Shown here piece after piece: positions 59,789 through 64,000 of a stretch of 64,000 bases of DNA. Position numbers and translations under genes: made by a program. The stretch lies in the IMG/VR virus record IMGVR_UViG_3300045988_115849; one strand, written 5' to 3'. The notes under the pieces are model-generated. The model saw nothing but the letters and a program-made list of their open reading frames with translations, was not told where the DNA came from and ran no database searches. Source of the stretch: a virus. Numbering within the stretch: position 1 is the stretch's first letter; the number at the start of each line of letters is the position of its first letter.

Positions 59789-60016
59789 ATGAAAACAGCT
59801 AAACTTTTAGAATTTAAGGGAGTCGATAAATGGAAATGTGTAAAATGCGGAAAGGATTCTACAGAAGATAAATATATGCGTAAAATCGTTTTTGAAAATA
59901 ACGACGATAAAAGCCGTATAGTTCAGTTAAGCACAACAGTATGTCAAGACTGTCTAAACAATATGCTTGATCTTATTGGAAACTACTTAAATTCTGGTGG
60001 AAGGATACCATGGTGA
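59789..60016 (+). CDS. Zinc-ribbon small protein (paralog of 57908-58129)
   Basis: See 57908-58129. Confidence 0.55.
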   Translation: MKTAKLLEFKGVDKWKCVKCGKDSTEDKYMRKIVFENNDDKSRIVQLSTTVCQDCLNNMLDLIGNYLNSGGRIPW

Positions 60017-60020
60017 GATT

Positions 60021-60296
60021 ATGAACAAACGTCAGGCGAAAAAGAAGAGGGACAAGCTAATAATAGCAGGAGGAACGCATAAAGGAGCAAGACTTAAGAA
60101 AAGGAACGACAAGAAAATTTGGGGGATATTAAAGAAAAATTTCGGCAACTGCGAAAAATTAAGATCACTAACTATTTATAATCAACGTAAAAAAACAGAA
60201 GCTATTACACTGAAAAATGGGAGGAAGAAAATTTGTACGAGGAGTGTAGAAATTGCAGACATAAATATTCTGCACTCGAATGTGAATTATGTGTAG
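60021..60296 (+). CDS. Highly basic small protein
   Basis: MNKRQAKKKRDK start. The 3' third overlaps an alternative Cys-rich micro-ORF (60233-60334). Confidence 0.4.
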   Translation: MNKRQAKKKRDKLIIAGGTHKGARLKKRNDKKIWGILKKNFGNCEKLRSLTIYNQRKKTEAITLKNGRKKICTRSVEIADINILHSNVNYV

Positions 60297-60350
60297 ATTT
60301 TGATATGTATGAAGGAACTATTTACGGAAAGTAAAAGGAAGGAGGTTTAT

Positions 60351-60731
60351 ATGGCTAAAAAATATTACTCATGGGCGACAGAAAAATACAGCGATAATTA
60401 CAGCGAGGCTTTTGAAACAATAGAGGAATGCATTAAAGAAGCGAAAAATATGGGATGTGAAGTAGATACAGTTATCTGGATTGGAAGAGTAGAAGAAGTG
60501 GATATAAGACAGGTATGCCTAACAATCATACTAGAAGATTTACACAATACTCTATGTGATGATGTAGGAGAAGTTGCCGAAGATTGGTACATAGAAGATA
60601 TAGATAATAAAGAAGCCTATGAAAAGTGCGAAAATGCTATAAATGATCTAGTTGTTAAGTTCATCGAAGAAAACGGCATGAAACCGACTTTTTCAAAAGT
60701 TACAGATATAAAGCCGTACTTTATCAAGTAG
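60351..60731 (+). CDS. Hypothetical acidic protein
   Basis: ATG 60351 after AAGGAAGGAGG. Confidence 0.55.
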   Translation: MAKKYYSWATEKYSDNYSEAFETIEECIKEAKNMGCEVDTVIWIGRVEEVDIRQVCLTIILEDLHNTLCDDVGEVAEDWYIEDIDNKEAYEKCENAINDLVVKFIEENGMKPTFSKVTDIKPYFIK

Positions 60732-60743
60732 GGGGTGCATTTA

Positions 60744-60950
60744 GTGAAAGAGAAAATATTCTATGTATGTGAAGAGTGCGGACTAAAATACGAAGATAAA
60801 GAAAGAGCATTAAAGTGTGAAAATGGACACCCGAAGAAATTAGAAATTGTTAAAAAGATGTATTGGCCGAGTGAATCGGTGCCAATGCATCTTAAAATTC
60901 GAACGGAAACAGGTGAAACGTTTATGTATTGCAGAGAGACTAGGAGGTAA
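60744..60950 (+). CDS. Zinc-finger small protein
   Basis: CEEC...C..GH. I prefer GTG 60744, 8 nt after GGGGG. Confidence 0.45.
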   Translation: MKEKIFYVCEECGLKYEDKERALKCENGHPKKLEIVKKMYWPSESVPMHLKIRTETGETFMYCRETRR

Positions 60951-60958
60951 ATCAACAC

Positions 60959-61198
60959 ATGACAACAGTAGAAAAGATTAATTATATGATCGCATGTTTA
61001 CAGATAGCTAAAGAAGAAGCTGAATATCTGGAACATTATAAAGAACGAGAGCAAAAAGTTTCAGAAGATCACGACAAATGGTGGTCTTGGTACTGTAAAA
61101 ACAGAGTGCCAAACAAAGCATTGATCAAAGACAACCTAAGAAACGCAGCACGAACAGGATTTGTTGTTGCAAAAATGGTAGAAAAGAATGGTAACTAA
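60959..61198 (+). CDS. Hypothetical protein
   Basis: 79-aa ORF in the early array. Confidence 0.5.
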   Translation: MTTVEKINYMIACLQIAKEEAEYLEHYKEREQKVSEDHDKWWSWYCKNRVPNKALIKDNLRNAARTGFVVAKMVEKNGN

Positions 61199-61565
61199 GG
61201 AAGAAAAGATAAAAGCATTAAGAGAATATTGTCATTACTATAACTATGGTAAATGCTGTGAAACGTGCAGATGTCATTCTGTATGTGATGGACCATTAGG
61301 GAATTTTGAATTTATGGATAATGGCGTGTTGAACAAATGTTACGAAGTAATTATTAAAGAAAAAAAGAAAGGGAACAAAATGATGATCAGAAGAAAAGTT
61401 GGAACAAACTTCTTACATACAGACACAGGCAGTGATTTTAATATTATCGAACATCTTTCAAAAGATGGATACGACGTTGATTATGAAGTGATTGACTGTG
61501 AAGGTGGTAAGAAAAAGATTTGCGCTACAATTTATGAGAAAATCGAGGTGGAAGATGAACGATAA
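61188..61565 (+). CDS. Cys-motif paralog B2
   Basis: LREYCHYYNYGKCCETCRCHSVC. C-terminal KDGYDVDYEVIDCEGGKKKICATIYEK. Confidence 0.55.
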   Translation: MVTKEEKIKALREYCHYYNYGKCCETCRCHSVCDGPLGNFEFMDNGVLNKCYEVIIKEKKKGNKMMIRRKVGTNFLHTDTGSDFNIIEHLSKDGYDVDYEVIDCEGGKKKICATIYEKIEVEDER

Positions 61566-62190
61566 ATCAAGTGTAACGAATTACAAAGTAAGTAAAATAA
61601 AAGTTCTTTATGCAAAAATTAACGAAAGAACTATACATAATCAAAGATATTTTGAAATTTTGTATAAAGAAGTTGGCAAAGATTACGAATGTGTAGGGCA
61701 TGGATCATTTTATTTAAGCACGGTACAGGAATGGCTTGAAATGTATTTTGAAATTGTAGGCGAAGAACAGGATAGGAGAACAAAAATGACAGGTAATGAA
61801 TATCAGAACTTAGCAATGCGAACTAATGACGGATTAGGAATAGAAAGAATAATGAATATGGCTGATAATTTAGAACAGGGAGTAGAGGACAACGTACCAG
61901 ACACAGGGATTGACTTGGGTGGAATTATTAACGGCTTATTCGGATTATCTGGAGAAGTTGGAGAACTTACTGACATGGTTAAAAAATGGATATTCCATGA
62001 AAGTAATTTTGACGAGGAACACGCAAAAAAAGAACTAGGAGACGTTATGTGGTATGTAGCTATGATCTGTGAATCGTTCGGATGGAGTCTGGATGAGATC
62101 ATGCAGATGAACATTGACAAGCTAAAGAAAAGATACCCTGATGGATTTGACACAGAGAGAGCCAACAACAGAAGTCCTGAGGATGTGTAG
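61555..62190 (+). CDS. MazG-like nucleotide pyrophosphohydrolase with N-terminal extension
   Basis: EYQNLAMRT...GEVGELTDMVKKWIFH...KELGDVMWYVAMICESFGWSLDEIMQMNIDKLKKRYP. Confidence 0.75.
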   Translation: MNDKSSVTNYKVSKIKVLYAKINERTIHNQRYFEILYKEVGKDYECVGHGSFYLSTVQEWLEMYFEIVGEEQDRRTKMTGNEYQNLAMRTNDGLGIERIMNMADNLEQGVEDNVPDTGIDLGGIINGLFGLSGEVGELTDMVKKWIFHESNFDEEHAKKELGDVMWYVAMICESFGWSLDEIMQMNIDKLKKRYPDGFDTERANNRSPEDV

Positions 62191-62191
62191 A

Positions 62192-62629
62192 ATGTATCTG
62201 TATAGTGGTATGGAAGTTGCTTCTTGTGTGTTGGAATTTAGCAACAAATACAAATGCGAAATCACTAATTTGATGCTGCAAAATATTCTGTATTACATCC
62301 AACTTAATTTCCTTAAGAAATATCATGAACCGATTTTCTCTGATGATATTCTTGCATTAAGATTCGGACCGTGTGTTCAAGATGTATACGATAGATTCAA
62401 TGTATTTACTAGATTTCCTATATATTGTCCAGATATTGAGTCTTGCATAGATGATATTGAAGTTTGTATATTAATTCATCAGGTCGTGAATGCATGTACG
62501 TTTTTGGAAGGTTGGCAATTGGCAGAAAGAGCGCAGAAAAAAGGCGGACCATGGCATCAAACTTTTTGGAATAGAAGAAAAGTTATTCCTATTGAAGTGA
62601 TGAAAAAATATGTAGAAGAAAAGGAGTGA
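62192..62629 (+). CDS. Panacea (DUF4065 / SocA / GepA-like) domain protein
   Basis: ITNLMLQNILYYIQLNFLKKYHEPIFSDDILALRFGPCVQDVYDRF matches the Panacea pattern (KLQKLLYY...AW..GPV...VY). Confidence 0.65.
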   Translation: MYLYSGMEVASCVLEFSNKYKCEITNLMLQNILYYIQLNFLKKYHEPIFSDDILALRFGPCVQDVYDRFNVFTRFPIYCPDIESCIDDIEVCILIHQVVNACTFLEGWQLAERAQKKGGPWHQTFWNRRKVIPIEVMKKYVEEKE

Positions 62630-62633
62630 TCTT

Positions 62634-62930
62634 ATGTTAGCAGCAGCGTATATTATCGGACTTTTAATCGGATTTATTCTATGCGCGGTAATGTATACAG
62701 CAAAGCACATAAACGATATAGAAGTTCCAATAAAACAACATATGGACATGACAAATCTGCTGTATCATACACCGGTCATGTATCGGTGGTACAGTCTTAA
62801 AGGAAAACCAGAAATGCACTTTTATTGTTCACGGTGTTCAGGAGAAGTTGCGCCGTGGCAAGAAACTTGTAAATGCGGAAATAAATTAGACTGGGGAGAA
62901 AGTGAGGACTTAAGTGTTAATAAAAATTGA
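62634..62930 (+). CDS. Membrane-anchored zinc-ribbon protein
   Basis: N-terminal TM (AAAYIIGLLIGFILCAVMY). C-terminal CSRC...CKCG. Confidence 0.5.
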   Translation: MLAAAYIIGLLIGFILCAVMYTAKHINDIEVPIKQHMDMTNLLYHTPVMYRWYSLKGKPEMHFYCSRCSGEVAPWQETCKCGNKLDWGESEDLSVNKN

Positions 62931-63126
62931 TGATGCAACGGCTATAAATATGCAACATGCCGTTAGGTTATATGTTTCTGAATCAGTAAATGGATATGAG
63001 GTAAGTTGTGTGACATTATATAATGTATACACTATCAAGAAATGTGAAACAAGAGAAGAAGCAATAAAAGTGTTGGAGAAAATACTTAATCAGTACGACA
63101 GAGGACAAAGGGTTATCAAGTTATAA
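62914..63126 (+). CDS. Hypothetical protein
   Basis: 70 aa. GTG start 5 nt after GAGGA. Confidence 0.45.
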   Translation: MLIKIDDATAINMQHAVRLYVSESVNGYEVSCVTLYNVYTIKKCETREEAIKVLEKILNQYDRGQRVIKL

Positions 63127-63139
63127 AGGAGTGCTATAA

Positions 63140-63352
63140 ATGAATAACAAAAAAGAAATAAAGGAAAATGACAGCCAATCTTTAGCACTTGCAAACACCG
63201 TAAGAGTTTGGGAACAACCAGAAGATATTAGTAAGATTGAATCTAAAAAAGAAATAGATGATATTATCAAAGAAATTTTAGATAAAGCACCGAAACATCC
63301 TAAGGCAACAGGTTATCTAAGAATGAAAGAGGAACGTTATCATGAGAAGTAA
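63140..63352 (+). CDS. Hypothetical charged protein
   Basis: 70 aa, RBS AAAGGAG. Confidence 0.5.
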   Translation: MNNKKEIKENDSQSLALANTVRVWEQPEDISKIESKKEIDDIIKEILDKAPKHPKATGYLRMKEERYHEK

Positions 63353-63620
63353 ATACTTTAACAACAGACAAGTACCTGTACAACAACGCAGGGTTAAGAA
63401 TCGCAGGGATGCAGACAAACTAATACATAGCAGTTACACAGCTTTTCTTTTGCTAGGAATCATGGCATTAAGAAATAAATTTGACTTTGGTAGTGCAAGG
63501 ATAGAGCGTTGGATTGATGAAATCAACGATCTAAGAGACAGTTACGAAAAAGGTTATATAAGTGTTCAGGACCTGCAGAAAACTATCAAGGAAGAAACAG
63601 GAATCGAGATAAAATTTTAA
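63342..63620 (+). CDS. Hypothetical basic protein
   Basis: 92 aa. Overlaps the upstream gene by 11 nt. Confidence 0.5.
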   Translation: MRSKYFNNRQVPVQQRRVKNRRDADKLIHSSYTAFLLLGIMALRNKFDFGSARIERWIDEINDLRDSYEKGYISVQDLQKTIKEETGIEIKF

Positions 63621-63679
63621 TACGTTTGTTATTCTATGAAATATATTTGTATGCAATACATAGAAGGAGCAGAAATAAA

Positions 63680-64000
63680 ATGGTTGATATAGGAAATAAC
63701 ATAAAGGAAATTAGAATTAGAAGAGGATTATCGCAAAGAGAGTTAGGAAAACGTCTTGGTGTATCGGCACAAGCAATTTCACTCTACGAAAAAAACGCAA
63801 GAAGATTGACATTAACAAAGATAGATGAGATTGCGGAAGCTTTAAACTGTGGACGATTTGATATATTTAAAAGTGTTATAGATCCATCTAATATAAAACT
63901 TAACGATGAACTTATTAATAATGCATTAGAATCATGTAAAGCGCTTGCAAGCACAGCGACAGATGCAGTTATAATAGCGGCGTTGTTACAACTTATGTCA
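63680..64000 (+). CDS. XRE-family HTH protein (3'-truncated by the window end)
   Basis: ATG 63680 after GAAGGAG. IKEIRIRRGLSQRELGKRLGVSAQAISLYEKN. The frame is open to the last base. Confidence 0.7.
   Translation, partial: MVDIGNNIKEIRIRRGLSQRELGKRLGVSAQAISLYEKNARRLTLTKIDEIAEALNCGRFDIFKSVIDPSNIKLNDELINNALESCKALASTATDAVIIAALLQLMS

Larger units (their letters stand above)
1..64000. mobile_element. Contiguous temperate siphovirus-like phage genome segment (packaging-head-tail-lysis-attP-int-switch-early genes)
   Basis: Uninterrupted + strand virion and lysis modules. A tRNA-Lys 3' fragment lies next to a - strand tyrosine integrase. An ImmA/XRE switch is followed by + strand early genes. The sequence is AT-rich with GGAGG-type RBSs. 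Confidence 0.85.

Overview
The window is one contiguous segment of a temperate, AT-rich siphovirus-like phage of the Firmicutes/Clostridia type. It is in vegetative (attP-intact) gene order, and I see no host genes.

Gene order, left to right:
- terS, then a 3.4-kb accessory insert: DUF3310, two micro-membrane ORFs, tRNA-Met(CAT), a Ro60-like DUF2828/TROVE-vWA protein, tRNA-Arg(ACG), a terminator and a Cys-rich zinc ribbon.
- terL, a DUF1492 sigma-region-4-like regulator, portal, head morphogenesis protein, scaffold, major capsid and head-tail joining genes. An XhlA-like membrane moron sits among the joining genes.
- Major tail protein, a tail chaperone with a canonical T_TTT_TTC -1 frameshift site, and a 1537-aa tape measure.
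- A 2.9-kb accessory island inside the tail module: winged-helix protein, LemA, a 2-TM protein and a small TM protein.
- A Dit-like protein, Tal, and a 2072-aa fibre (KAADAKATGD repeats, LamG-like, CotH-like and BspA-type LRR regions).
- Holin and a CHAP endolysin.
- attP (a tRNA-Lys 3' fragment flanked by GTTCCA arm-site arrays) and a tyrosine integrase (- strand).
- A secreted Big_2 moron and an ImmA/XRE switch with multiple operators.
- Cro-like, Xis-like and antirepressor genes, SSB-like, Spo0A-C-like, Rad50/SMC-like ATPase, RecT, PAPS-reductase-like, tandem DUF2829 (Tad2-like), MBL hydrolase, and DnaD-like/DnaC-like replication genes.
- About 40 small + strand early genes, including Cys-motif paralog arrays and a MazG-Panacea-TM cluster.

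Most notable non-coding signals:
1. A two-hairpin 5' leader present four times, upstream of the capsid, major tail, tape-measure and Dit-like genes. Its first stem shows compensatory covariation.
2. Two copies of a 27-nt box, each starting at a stop codon and followed by an AT-rich -10-like box and an intrinsic terminator. This resembles a lambda PR'/tR'-like antitermination layout.
3. Two purine-rich GGAATAG-repeat regions that bracket the recombination module.
4. Two long (24 and 27 bp) G.U-containing hairpins in early intergenic regions.

All family assignments are made by eye from motifs and need HMM or structure confirmation.
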